From the NCBI GenBank assembly GCA_965655095.1, contig OZ296655.1, positions 6,572,001 through 6,636,000 on the forward strand: DNA of 64,000 nt, given 5' to 3'. Positions 1-10,666 of this stretch are shown here, piece after piece (within the stretch, counting starts at the first letter, position 1; the number at the start of each line of letters is the position of its first letter). The stretch is from Haplodiscus bocki. Taxonomy: Eukaryota. Both the position numbers and the translations under genes were made by a program. The notes under the pieces were generated by a model. It saw nothing but the letters and a program-made list of their open reading frames with translations. It did no database searches and was not told the origin of the DNA.

Positions 1-203
1 AAAAACAACGATAACTACTGCCTGACTCTTGTTGGCTCCTGAGATGGCGCAATAAATTGCAAGATTTCGTGAAGGAAACCTTGCAGTGACCACACTTGAA
101 AATTTTCGCAAACATTCTCTTGACAATTGTGTTTCTTTCGCTTGTGATCATTCACAGCACGTTTTGAGATCAATAATTTGTCACATTCATCACATGGAAA
201 CAT
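1..203 (-). pseudogene. pPolB N-terminal C2H2 zinc-finger region (frameshifted, partial)
   Basis: MFPCDECDKLLISKRAVNDHKRKKHN aligns with RFPCCECGRLLSSKRASSDHKRKKHN at 12744 (+). Confidence 0.8.
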
Positions 204-735
204 TTTAGGGAGGTCTCGGAGAAAGAACTTGAAAAGTCGTGGTCCCACTTGGGAAAACAATTTTGCAAAAAAAAAACGAGAAACGCACAAAAAATTTTCG
301 TAAGTTTTTCAGTTTCACTGGACCACGACCTTTTACACTGCTGGTTCACGTTTTTCCAATAACGTTGATTTTTTAACAGTACAATAACGTTAATATGCCT
401 AACAGTAGATTTCTTGAAAGTTGGCCTTTGAAACGTTTGAGAAATTAACTTTATAAAATTCTTCGTTTTCGGCGCAAAAGTTAAGAAAACGGGTTATCAG
501 AATGAAACTGTCAAAATGACAGCTAATAATCAGTTTTTGTTCAGTTCTGGTACCCTACACTGAAACCAACTTAGAAAGTTCAAATGGTAGAAGAATTTTG
601 ACAGTTGGATTGCTAACTGTCAAAATAGTCAACAAAATTCAGTTGAGGTTGGTTTTGTATTTTGAACTCTTTGACTTAAGAAAATTTTCGGCTTGGGAGT
701 CAAAAATTGCATTTAACCCCCCTTTCCTTACTACT
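1..735 (-). mobile_element. End of a Polinton/Maverick (pPolB-proximal TIR and start of pPolB); the element continues left of the window
   Basis: ~590-735 closely resembles the TIR at 26330-26495 and ends ...ccttACTACT (5'-AGTAGTAAGG on the minus strand, a typical Polinton terminus). The adjacent minus-strand frame is homologous to the pPolB N-terminus of the 12211-26495 element. Confidence 0.85.
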
Positions 736-2050
736 AGTATTGGAAAATCGCATTTTTCAAAACCGGCCTACAATTTTCCTCCGCAGTGTGAAGTGTGAGC
801 CAATCGACTTCAAGTATAATGAGCCTTACGGGCAGCGATCATTTGAGCCTTTCCCGGGTTGTTAATTCATGCTAGTGTTCGTGTGAAATTAGTAAGTTAC
901 AGAGAACGAAAAACGAACGAGTTCCGTTGAAAGTCTCGAAAAAATTGATTGCTCGAGCTAACTCTGACTTTCTCATAACTCACAAGTTTTGCACTGGCAA
1001 AAACGCAGCATTAGCTAATTCTTTGAGCCAATGTGTACAAAACCAACAACTGTAACGAAGGGGCATTTTAGTAATGATTAGAGCACAAACTACTAAAAAT
1101 TCAATGAACTTTTCTACCAATGAAATTTTTCACAAAAAAACTACACTTCTACAGTGTTTGCACAAAATATGAGCGAATATGATTTCCCGAAAATGTTACC
1201 TTTGAGAAAAAAAAATAACTAAGTGCGCGCCCAAAAAACGTCGAGAAGAGCCAATTCGGCCCAGCACGTTCAAATCAATGGTATTCGGATTTTGCAGAAG
1301 ACGTCACAGGAGCGATGGTAAAAAGAAGCAATGGTATAGTGATGTGAGAATGCAGCTTGGACTGGAGCGGTTGCAGGTTCGATCCTCTTTCAACTTACAA
1401 CCGTTGGGCCTGGAGCAATGGTCATGTAACAAAAAACCTGCGGTATCAGGAAAATGAAATGTTTGTTTACTTAAGAGGACTTCAAACTGAAAAAAATTTT
1501 TAAATTATCTTTGAAAAAAAGTCTTACAATACTTAACTAAAAAGACTGACCAAGATTTTTCGCATTCCACTCACATTTCTCAACTTGTATTTCACAATAA
1601 ACTGGCATTTTTCGTGCTAAAAAATAGCAGCTCGCAATCAGAGATAACTTCGATCATTCAGCCAAAGCGTTCCAAGTTGGTTTTTTGTAAGTTTCCCGTA
1701 TTTCAAGTCTACAATTACTTTGACCTTGGGGGAAAACTGACATAATTGTACAGAAAACACTGCATTCGTCAATAAAACGAAAAGAAGTTTTCAAAAATTA
1801 CTAAGAGCAGTGTCACAAGGAAGGTAATCACCAAAATTTAGATCAATTATCAAGACAAAATGTGAAATCAATTGTTTCAAGTATAGTAGTATACAATTTA
1901 CCAAATCAATTTATAATTAACCAAATCTTAATTACTCATGAGCAGTAAACTCGAAAAACAAAGCAGTTAAATCAGGAAGCCAATTCAGCCAAAGTAACGG
2001 TCCTTTGGGAAGACTGACAGTGATGTTCTAAACCACATCCTCACATAACT

Positions 2051-2689
2051 TCAAACCAACCCCTTTTTCTTCAAATTGCGAAATTTATCCTTCAAGTCAA
2101 CCGCGTTTCTCTTCGGATGGAACACATTTTTGCCACATTGTAAAACATACTTCCAATTTCCGCAGCCATACATCTCGATTCCACGCTTCAACTGGTCAAT
2201 TTCGGTCACGGACCAAGGTACCTTGCGTCGTCTCTCGAGTTTGAGGACTGCTGATGCTTTGGAATATTTAGGAAGTAATCTTCTGGTGTTTTCATCCCGC
2301 TCTTGGGAAGTTAGACTCGAGGTTTTGCCGCTTCGCGATGTTTGTTTAAGCTCATACGCAACAGATGCACTTTTTCTCGAACAATCATTTTTATAGCTCA
2401 CTGAGAAATTATGCTCATGCTCATCAGCTGCTGGTTCCAAACTTTCGTTTTGCGATTCGCTTTCATCCAAAATTAGACATCTACGGAGTGGAGATGTTCT
2501 GGTAGCTCGCAAAGGCGTATGACTTGGAAGCTTGTCTCGGTCGGCTGTTTTTGGGGCCCCAACTGGTTTGATCAAATGGCGTTTTCGTTTTTCACTTCCG
2601 CTATTGACCATTTCATTTTCATGCATAACTTCTTCTGGGTCTGAAGGGCACTGGGTTTCTTTTTCTGCTGCCTCTTTCAAGGGTGATGC
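2051..2689 (-). CDS. Terminal exon of a TRF/TERB-like telomere repeat-binding protein with a C-terminal telobox Myb domain
   Basis: Ends RRKVPWSVTEIDQLKRGIEMYGCGNWKYVLQ...RNAVDLKDKFRNLKK, a single telobox-type Myb after a Ser/charged linker. Splice acceptor aattttttag|GCA TCA CCC TTG at 2690/2689 (phase 0). Upstream exons not identified. Confidence 0.8.
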   Translation of the reverse strand, partial: ASPLKEAAEKETQCPSDPEEVMHENEMVNSGSEKRKRHLIKPVGAPKTADRDKLPSHTPLRATRTSPLRRCLILDESESQNESLEPAADEHEHNFSVSYKNDCSRKSASVAYELKQTSRSGKTSSLTSQERDENTRRLLPKYSKASAVLKLERRRKVPWSVTEIDQLKRGIEMYGCGNWKYVLQCGKNVFHPKRNAVDLKDKFRNLKKKGLV

Positions 2690-3122
2690 CTAAAAAATTA
2701 TTTATGCAGTTTTGGTGCAACTTTGTAATGCCTGGCTATCATGTTTGACTGTGGAGATAAACTTGTTGAATTGTTTCAGATTGATTGAGTTGGATCACTG
2801 GTCATATATTACTGTTATCAATCAAAGTTGGCTGGAACAATGAGCAAAGTTGTTCCCACGCTAACTTTGAACATGAATAACTACTTTAACTTAAACCATT
2901 TAGTGAAAGGTCACAAAAAGTTTTATATTTTATGTAGACTAAACTTTGAAAACAAGGGTGTACAATTTCACATTGCAATTAAATTGGTCAGCAAAAATGT
3001 GGGAAACTTATTATTTTTCGCAGCATATGTAATATGCAAGAAAAATTATTCACTCAGTAGGGTCGTTTTTATTTTCTTATCAGTCCAAATTGCCAACTCT
3101 TTTTATTCAAAAATAAATGACT

Positions 3123-3300
3123 GACCGCAGTGGGGTTAGGACAACAAGGTTCTGCAGCGGTACGTCCGTGTGCGAATCCCTGCCGTGTCAGATATTTTAA
3201 TGATTTCACAGACATTTGTCAGAATATTCCAATTATTCCCATGGCACAGTGGGTAGGACAACAGTGTTCAGAAGCGGTAGGCACGGGTTCGAATCCCAGC
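3123..3300 (+). repeat. Two tandem tRNA-like (Pol III A/B box) motifs, SINE-like
   Basis: TGGCACAGTGG...GGTTCGAATCCC at ~3242-3297, and a diverged copy at 3123-3183 (CGCAGTGGGGTTAGGACAACA...TGCGAATCCC). No convincing cloverleaf. Confidence 0.5.
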
Positions 3301-3339
3301 TTTTACCTACACTTTTAAAATTTATTAATAAGACGGAAA

Positions 3340-3690
3340 CTCGTGATACCCCCCTATAATGCATAATACCTCAAATTTTCTGAAACATTGAAGGGTTCCC
3401 CACGAAGTTTTTCGGCACTGTGGGACAAAAAATTTTCGACAAAACCGTGAAGCCCCCCTCCTATGCATGAAATTTTCCGATACCAGAATTTTTTGAAACA
3501 GAACGGTTCCCCTACGAATTTTACCGGCAATGTGAGACAAAAAATTTCAAAGGAAAATAGTAATATCCCCGTCTTATGCATAAAACTTTTTGATACCCGA
3601 AATTTTCTGATACACCGAAGTATTCCCCAACGAATTTTTTCGGTACTGTGAGACAAAAAAATTTGAACGAGAAGTGACACTCCCTCTTTT
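3340..3690 (+). repeat. About 3 diverged tandem copies of a ~115-bp unit
   Basis: Recurring tatgcat..aaatttt..gaaaca..ggttcccc.acgaa.tttt.cggca.tgtgagacaaaaaattt. Confidence 0.75.
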
Positions 3691-6409
3691 GCAGATAATA
3701 TAGAAATCAGTGGTGGAATTGATGTTTCTAGAAAACCTTCGAAAACTATATTTTAAACAGTAGTCTCATTTTTAACTGTTTGCAAATGTTGATCAAAATA
3801 TTTAAATTCGGGAGAAAAAAATGCAGGTGCTAGCTGGCCGTTTTGTTATTGTAATTGGATGATTCATAACACAAATTCATTTCAATATTTGACAATTGGA
3901 AGAATCAATTACACAATTTACAGATCAAGTTAACATTCCAAACTTTTTTTGGCTTCAAACGTCGACCGTCCACCAGGCGTTTGAAAACCACTAGTCGTCT
4001 GTATAAAAATCCTTAACACCTTTCAAATCAGTGCTTACAACGCTACTAGAATGGGGCAGAAATACCAGTCAGTTGTCTGGGTGTCAAGATAAATCAAAAC
4101 GTACACGTTAACAAATTACAGTTTTCTACCCTAAGGAGTATGTGTACAAAGGCACGGAGTGTCCGAGCTCAGGCAAAAACTCCCTTGTGCAGAAAACTTC
4201 CAGATTTTAACACATTTTCCTACCAATGTGACTGGAGCGTCTGTTTGAAACGTTACTTAATGGTCCACGTTGTCACTCATTCCTTCTCTAAGCACTTCTA
4301 TAAAAAATCATCCCTTCAAAACATCGTCAGTTTTCAGTGATAAGCAGTTTATAATGAAGTGTAATACGTTCCAAACCATTGTTGAATGGTGAAATTTGGA
4401 TATTTCACTTTTTTCTCGAAAAAAAAATAGATGTATTTTTTTTCAAAATGAATGGATGGCTTTCAAGTTCTCTTTTTCAATCGCCAGTAAGTGGCGGGTT
4501 TTCCCACGCAATTTTCTTCCTAAGTTTTCAGTCCGATGACGACTTTTATCATGCCATAGCGCATTGATGACTTAAAAAGTCACCGCTGGGAAAAACAATC
4601 TTTCGTTTTCGATGTCTTGGTTCATAATTTTTCATTCAACTCCGAAAAAATGGTTGTCCTTAATTAGGATGAAGCTGTCGCGATTAAGCAACATCTGTCT
4701 CTGTTTTTGGAAAACTTTTTACATGCTTCAGCTTTTTTCTCGGTCAACTCATTTCTCCTAGTAGTTTGAATTTCAGAATAGCATTCTCAAAATCAGAATA
4801 TTTCACGAAAACTCTCCCTAACATTTGCATGCTTCAAATGATAAAAACCCACTACGGTGCCAATATGCATCCGCTATATCAATGAATTGACCATATACGT
4901 TTTCCGTCCTACAAATTATGCCAACTGGCGAGGTACGCAGCTGCCATGACTAACATACTGTCGCACAATATTTTTGACGATTTTCGAATAAAAACCAATT
5001 AGAGGGACTTTTGAAATTCAGTTATTGGCATTGAGTTTCGGAACAATAATAATTGGGCACCAAGCAATAATTGAAAGGCAATAATTGATTCGAGCAAACC
5101 CTTCTGCTAGATCAACAATTTAAATTTTCATTCTGTCCGAGACATTTTAAAGTTGATTCTATCAACGGTTCCGGAGTCATTGTTATCACGCTGAATGAAT
5201 AAAGCAGGCGAGTGAATGTAGCGGACGACTTGATGCACTCACTCGCTTTCTTCATTCGACATTATCATCATGACGTCATAGCAAACACACTGTCACGGGG
5301 TTTATTCTCGGTTTTCTACAGTACAGATTTTAAATTTAGTGAACTCTCGAGCAAAAACTAAGCATTTTTGGCGGCCAATTTTTCAAAGCGTATCAATTTT
5401 ACGAAAAAACCGCAAAAGCAAAAATTTCTTGGATTTTTTGTAAAATTTTATAAGTGTTTTTGTTTCGAAATTAGACCACTCGTTAAAAAGTCATGACCCT
5501 GATTTTGGCCAAATTTGAGATTTTTTCAAAAATTCTCATCACCTACAAAAGATACCGAAAAACTTCCAGAACCAATCCTCTAGCGTTGACTCTGCTCTCA
5601 AACATTTGGTTTTCACGATTTTTTGATTACATCTCCATTATATATCAATACAATCATTTATTGTACACCCTTGTTTTTGGGAACACTAATTCCAAGTGCA
5701 TTTTTTAAATAGTTTTTTGATATTTTTGAAAGAGCTAATTTTTTTATGTTTCCACTCTGTCAGCTGATTTAAATAACAAGTTTCACTCATACTTAAGACA
5801 CTCTGTAAAAAGAAGTACCTGAGTTCAATACGAATTGCTGAGATGGGTTAATTTCTATATTAAACTATACAATGCAATTCATTGACAGAATTTAATCATT
5901 TCATTGTTGATTATTGATTCTAGTGGCAATAGAAAAATAAATGGCACTCTTTGCTTTGCAAAGATTTATATACAAACGATGATCAAATGAAAGGCAACCA
6001 TTCACTTCAAGTCTTTGACCTCAAAAGATCTGTGAGTATTTGAAAACTTTCGAAAAAAAGTTTCAGACTAAATCATGAGTTTTCCGCGAAAAATTCAATT
6101 GCAAAAATTATATGGAAAACTTTTCGTTTCGTTAAGAAATTTGGGTGAATGATAGTCCTGACAATAAATGAACTAATGTCGAAGGTCTTGGCAACTTTAG
6201 GTTGCTTAAAACTACAGAGAAAAGTTCATTTGCGATTCTGAAAATTCCTGAGCCAAAGAGCCTCTAACATTTAAAGATTAGGACATGAAATGAGATAGCG
6301 ATTCCGCCAATATATATGCGCCATTGAAGCAGCAGAAACTAAATATTCGCAATTACTTTTTTGTACAATTTTGACATTTACATTATTCTGGAAATTTCTT
6401 TGACACTGC

Positions 6410-9400
6410 TTAGATTCGATCCTGCATAAGCTCTTCTCGGCTCAACACATCAACCAACTGCGCGTAATAGTCTTCGGATGGAACTCCTCGGGTGATCATA
6501 CTTCGGAGCATGCCAGATCGTTCTTCTTCCCTACTGGTCAAGGAGATGAACTTCAAGTAACTCGGAACCGAAGATGCTGACTTCTTGGCACACTGTAGAG
6601 TGTAAAAGAACAAATCGTCTCTTCCGTGGTACAAATCGCTGATTGATTTCAAAGAAACTGAAAGATCATCCAAGTCTTGAGCAGTTCCTCCGGCGGCAGC
6701 TAAAGATGCAAAACAAAGCGCAATTCTTTGCTGGAACGTAGCTGCTGATCCCGTAATACATGGCGTGCATTTAGCGTCGCTTTGCTCCTTTGCTTCGAGA
6801 GCTACAGTCCCTCTTCCTACCAACGGAATCACTCTATACTCGTTCAGAGGACTGTTGAAGGTTATCCGACCCAGATAATTGACCCCATCTTGTTCGAAAG
6901 GTACCAAGGACACCAAAAGGTCAAGCTTTGGAGGTGGTGGGTTGGCCAATCGACATGAGTAGTACTTCTCAGTAACAGTTTCTGGTCCTAACTTGGCACG
7001 ATTTCCACTGGGTTCTGCATACGGTCGGCCGTCTTCACGGAAAACTAAATTAAATGTTTTGGATCCTTTGTCCACACTGATTCCAAGCATGGATAACCCC
7101 TGAGATTGGTGATCTCGGAATGTAGTGACGACGTCATAAATTGAAAAACTGCGACCCAAAAAATTAGTAAACAAAGTTCCTACTCTAGGCTTCACTTTAA
7201 TTGTAGTTGGGTTCAGGTGATGTGAGATTGATTGAAGCAGTTGGTTATGCTTTTCCGACAGCAAAAATTCATTGTTTTTACTATCAGTACCAGAACCATT
7301 GGTAGGTACAACACTACTAGAAGTCTTTTTAGGTGTTGTATTACTCGTAGTAACGCAGTTTGGTGCCTTTTTCCTAGGTGTTTCCTGAGACGGTGACGCT
7401 TCTTCTCGACTCGCAACCGGAGCGCATGTATCTCCACTGTTTCCCGATTGCACAGGAACGGAAATAGTTTCCCGCAAATTGCCTCTTTCAACTTTTGATT
7501 CAAGATCTACCGATATGACTTCAGTATCCACGTTGAAATGCACATGTCGACTATCGTCGTCAGTAACATGAAACGCATCATTGGCCAGGGATGTGGAATT
7601 TTGTTCACGCGGCGAAACGTCGTCGCAATCGTCATCATCGGCATGTCTATGCAATTCATGTTCATGTAAGCCAGTATCAAGAGCATCCAAATCTTCTGCA
7701 TACGGTCGGCCGTCTTCACCAGAACCATTGGTACTAGAAGTCTCTTCAGTTGTTGTATTACTCGTAGTAACGCAGTTTGGTGCCTTTTTCCAAGGTGTTT
7801 TCTGAGACGGTGACGCTTCTTCTCGACTCGCAACCGGAGCGCATGTATCTCCACTTTTTCCCGATTGCACAGGAACGGAAATAGATCCCCGCAATTTGCC
7901 TCTTTCAACTTTTGATTCAAGATCTACCGATATGACTTCAGTATCTAAGTTGAAATGCACATGTCGACTATCGTCGTCAGTATCGTGAAACGCATCATTG
8001 GTCAGGGATGTGGAATTTTGTTCACGCGGCGAAACGTCGTCGCAATCGTCATCATCGGCATGGCTATGCAATTCATGTTCATGTAAGCCAGTATCAAGAG
8101 CATCCAAATCTTCTTGCTGTTCCTCGACTGTCAGTTTAGACTTTACTTTCGCCAACGTTGCTTCGCAGATTTCTTTTTTATCTCTCAAAGAAACCATCAA
8201 ACAATTCAACTCCGACTCTTCGCTAGTCTCTAGCATGTACTTATAATAACTCTTTCGGTTCTTCTCTGACGTGGAAATACAGTACATGATGTAATCTAAG
8301 GATGACTTCCTTCCGTGATAGCAACTATTAACATAGCACAAAGTGTAATATATTTGTTTTAAAGCACCTTCTTCTAAACCAAGAGCAAAACCTGCCCCCA
8401 AAATAGCAGCAGCTCTGTTTTGGAAAGTTGCACAAGCACCTCCTGTAGCTAACCCAGCGTGCGTGTCACCAGATTCTTGGCCTTCTAGGGCGACAGTCCC
8501 TCGACCAACCAGAGGAATTACTCTTCTCTCCCCTTGCAGGTTTTCCGCTAAAAGTTTACCCAAATAATTCACTCCTCCCTCTGAAAAGTGTTCTAACAAA
8601 GCTGACAACTTTAAGGATTTTGATGACTTCACAGGTAAAGGCAATTTGATAGAAATTTGGCAAGAAACGTCTGAAAATGTTTTTGATCGATCCGCGGACT
8701 GATCAAGATAGGGATTTCCGTTTTCTGCGAAAGATAATTGAAATACTCCATCTGGTACAACTATGTCTAACAACTGCAGTTGTTGATCAAGGTTTTCTGA
8801 TGATAAACTGTGCAACGTCTCCTCTATGGAAACCTCTTTTCCGGAAGTCAATTGGAAAGAGTTCCCGAATCTTGCTGTATAAGGGAAGAATGCAATCGGA
8901 AAATCACTCTCCATTACTCCATTGGCCCCTGGAGGCTGTTTGGGATTTGCACTTCTAGTTTCATGACGTTTCAGGCATTTTGCAAGTTCCTGGGCCGTCA
9001 AGACAACTTTCAGCGTTGAAAAATAGCCCTCATGTGGATATCCTTTTTTCACAAGATGCTTCAAATTATCACTCCACATTTTCTCCTCATAGATCGTAGA
9101 GAGAAACGCAGTGAAAGAAGGCATCTTATTCTGTGGATACTTCAAACATTCGTGATAGTATAAAATAATTTCCGGTTGTTTGTACAATTTGTAGTCAATA
9201 CTACAGAATAGTTCCTTAACTTGCCCAAGTTGGTAAGGTGATGCTCCGAAACATTTACAAACAGCCAATACAATGGCGCATTTGGTGAGGAAAGACGCTA
9301 TTTTCCCAGAAATTACAGGTAACGCGTGCTCCGATGACCCCGATAGTTGATCCAGGTTGATGGTTCCTCTGCCGACTAAGGGCATGAAGAATTGGTCTTG

Positions 9401-10666
9401 AACATTAAGACCACCAAAATAGTTGACACCATCCAAAATGGACGCTTTCTCCGTATATTCTAACTTCACAGGCAACTGGAGATCATGTGAAAAATTCAAT
9501 GTAAGCGAAGCTGAGTGCATTTCATCTGATTTCCCTCTAGCATTTTCTACTAAAGAGCAACCATTCTCATGAACAGTGATTCGCAATTGGTGACCCTCGA
9601 TTTCAATTCCCAAGTCAAGAAGCAAATCTGATTGGCTAATTTCACTAACATTACACAAATTTTGAAGCACTATGCTGAGAGGCGTTCTGCGCGCTCTGGG
9701 AGAAACGAGAGCATCACCGACTTCAGGTGTCACATGAAATTTGTCAGAGGGTAACGTCCATTTATTCGGCTTCGGCAAAATAGTCATCACTCGTTTAGCG
9801 AATAACATTTTGATGCCATCTTCGGGTGAAAAAAGCCGTTCTCGTTCTCGTTGATTGACTTGAAAACATCTCTGTCGGTCTTCTTCCAATTCAGACGGTG
9901 ACAGTTTTTGCAAGACTGCGTTGTAATAACATTGCGGCAAGCAGTTTTCATCATTGATGCTTGTTAAAACAGGTGACCATCTACTTCGAGGATATAATTG
10001 TTCCAAGAAATTGGCGTAAGAAATGCGATCTCGTAAAGGTGTTTGGCTGCAAAAAATGGCATACTTCAGACAATCACTTCTTCCGTGATAACGTTCATCG
10101 ATTTTCCAGAACTCTTGACCAATCTGATGCAAGGCAGCCATACCGGCCCCAGACGCTGCAGCCACTGCTAGAATGAAACAGCAGCGGTTCTGAAAGGAAG
10201 CACAAGCTCCTCCGGTAGCAAAACCAGCATGAGCATCGTTTTTTCTCCCTTCGAGAGCCACTGTGCCTCTTCCTGTCAAGGGAAGCATTCGTTTTTCCCC
10301 ATTCGGCGTTTTAACTGTTACATTGCCGAAAAAATTCACGCAATCTTCAAAAAACGGTTCGAAATCTACAGCAACAGACAATGGATAGAGCGGTTCCAGT
10401 GCTAGAGAGAAATTCAAAGTAAAGCTCTGTGTTGACTTTTGTGATTCCAATAAGTTGCGGTCGCCAAAAGGATCCAAATATGCGAATCCAGTTTCTTTGA
10501 ACGAAATGGATAGGTTTGTATCTGTTAATCGGACACCTAAATCTCGCAGTGCCAGGTGCTGTGAACTGGGATTGTTTAGCTTATGTCCGACAGCTTTAAT
10601 TTCAGTTGTTTCCCCGAGTACAGTTTCGAACGCGTTGGGCTCTCTTGGTAAAATCTGAATCTGCAT
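6410..10666 (-). CDS. Uncharacterised 1418-aa protein with four tandem copies of a ~250-aa domain and an acidic duplicated linker
   Basis: Uninterrupted 4.26 kb ORF. Motifs [G/C]VN[YF]xG, PL[VT]GRGT[VI]xL and F[QL]x[RK] occur four times, YHGR three times. A splice acceptor (ctattctttcag) lies 7 nt upstream of the ATG. Confidence 0.9.
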   Translation of the reverse strand: MQIQILPREPNAFETVLGETTEIKAVGHKLNNPSSQHLALRDLGVRLTDTNLSISFKETGFAYLDPFGDRNLLESQKSTQSFTLNFSLALEPLYPLSVAVDFEPFFEDCVNFFGNVTVKTPNGEKRMLPLTGRGTVALEGRKNDAHAGFATGGACASFQNRCCFILAVAAASGAGMAALHQIGQEFWKIDERYHGRSDCLKYAIFCSQTPLRDRISYANFLEQLYPRSRWSPVLTSINDENCLPQCYYNAVLQKLSPSELEEDRQRCFQVNQRERERLFSPEDGIKMLFAKRVMTILPKPNKWTLPSDKFHVTPEVGDALVSPRARRTPLSIVLQNLCNVSEISQSDLLLDLGIEIEGHQLRITVHENGCSLVENARGKSDEMHSASLTLNFSHDLQLPVKLEYTEKASILDGVNYFGGLNVQDQFFMPLVGRGTINLDQLSGSSEHALPVISGKIASFLTKCAIVLAVCKCFGASPYQLGQVKELFCSIDYKLYKQPEIILYYHECLKYPQNKMPSFTAFLSTIYEEKMWSDNLKHLVKKGYPHEGYFSTLKVVLTAQELAKCLKRHETRSANPKQPPGANGVMESDFPIAFFPYTARFGNSFQLTSGKEVSIEETLHSLSSENLDQQLQLLDIVVPDGVFQLSFAENGNPYLDQSADRSKTFSDVSCQISIKLPLPVKSSKSLKLSALLEHFSEGGVNYLGKLLAENLQGERRVIPLVGRGTVALEGQESGDTHAGLATGGACATFQNRAAAILGAGFALGLEEGALKQIYYTLCYVNSCYHGRKSSLDYIMYCISTSEKNRKSYYKYMLETSEESELNCLMVSLRDKKEICEATLAKVKSKLTVEEQQEDLDALDTGLHEHELHSHADDDDCDDVSPREQNSTSLTNDAFHDTDDDSRHVHFNLDTEVISVDLESKVERGKLRGSISVPVQSGKSGDTCAPVASREEASPSQKTPWKKAPNCVTTSNTTTEETSSTNGSGEDGRPYAEDLDALDTGLHEHELHRHADDDDCDDVSPREQNSTSLANDAFHVTDDDSRHVHFNVDTEVISVDLESKVERGNLRETISVPVQSGNSGDTCAPVASREEASPSQETPRKKAPNCVTTSNTTPKKTSSSVVPTNGSGTDSKNNEFLLSEKHNQLLQSISHHLNPTTIKVKPRVGTLFTNFLGRSFSIYDVVTTFRDHQSQGLSMLGISVDKGSKTFNLVFREDGRPYAEPSGNRAKLGPETVTEKYYSCRLANPPPPKLDLLVSLVPFEQDGVNYLGRITFNSPLNEYRVIPLVGRGTVALEAKEQSDAKCTPCITGSAATFQQRIALCFASLAAAGGTAQDLDDLSVSLKSISDLYHGRDDLFFYTLQCAKKSASSVPSYLKFISLTSREEERSGMLRSMITRGVPSEDYYAQLVDVLSREELMQDRI
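7289..8115 (-). repeat. In-frame internal tandem duplication (offset 417 bp) in the linker of the 1418-aa ORF
   Basis: DLDALDTGLHEHELH...KKAPNCVTTSNTT..NGSG occurs twice; gatctaccgatatgacttcagtatc at 7504 and 7921. Confidence 0.95.

Larger units (their letters stand above)
2949..5677. mobile_element. Candidate decayed TIR DNA transposon bounded by an 18-bp inverted repeat
   Basis: aaaacaagggtgtacaat (2949-2966) is the exact reverse complement of attgtacacccttgtttt (5660-5677). The interior has broken coding-like sequence (~3850-5000, -) and a nested repeat. Confidence 0.45.

Noticed and set aside
3236-3300. Functional tRNA gene
   Set aside because: A and B boxes are present but stems pair poorly, and it sits within a repeat.
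3340-3690. CRISPR-like array
   Set aside because: Whole ~115-bp units repeat with no unique spacers, no cas genes, and the context is eukaryotic.
5818-5854. 36-bp microexon linking the big ORF to the Myb exon
   Set aside because: Its only open frame ends in phase 1, whereas the Myb exon needs phase 0.
7213-8246. Short overlapping ORFs within the 1418-aa gene
   Set aside because: Alternative-frame by-products of the duplicated linker.
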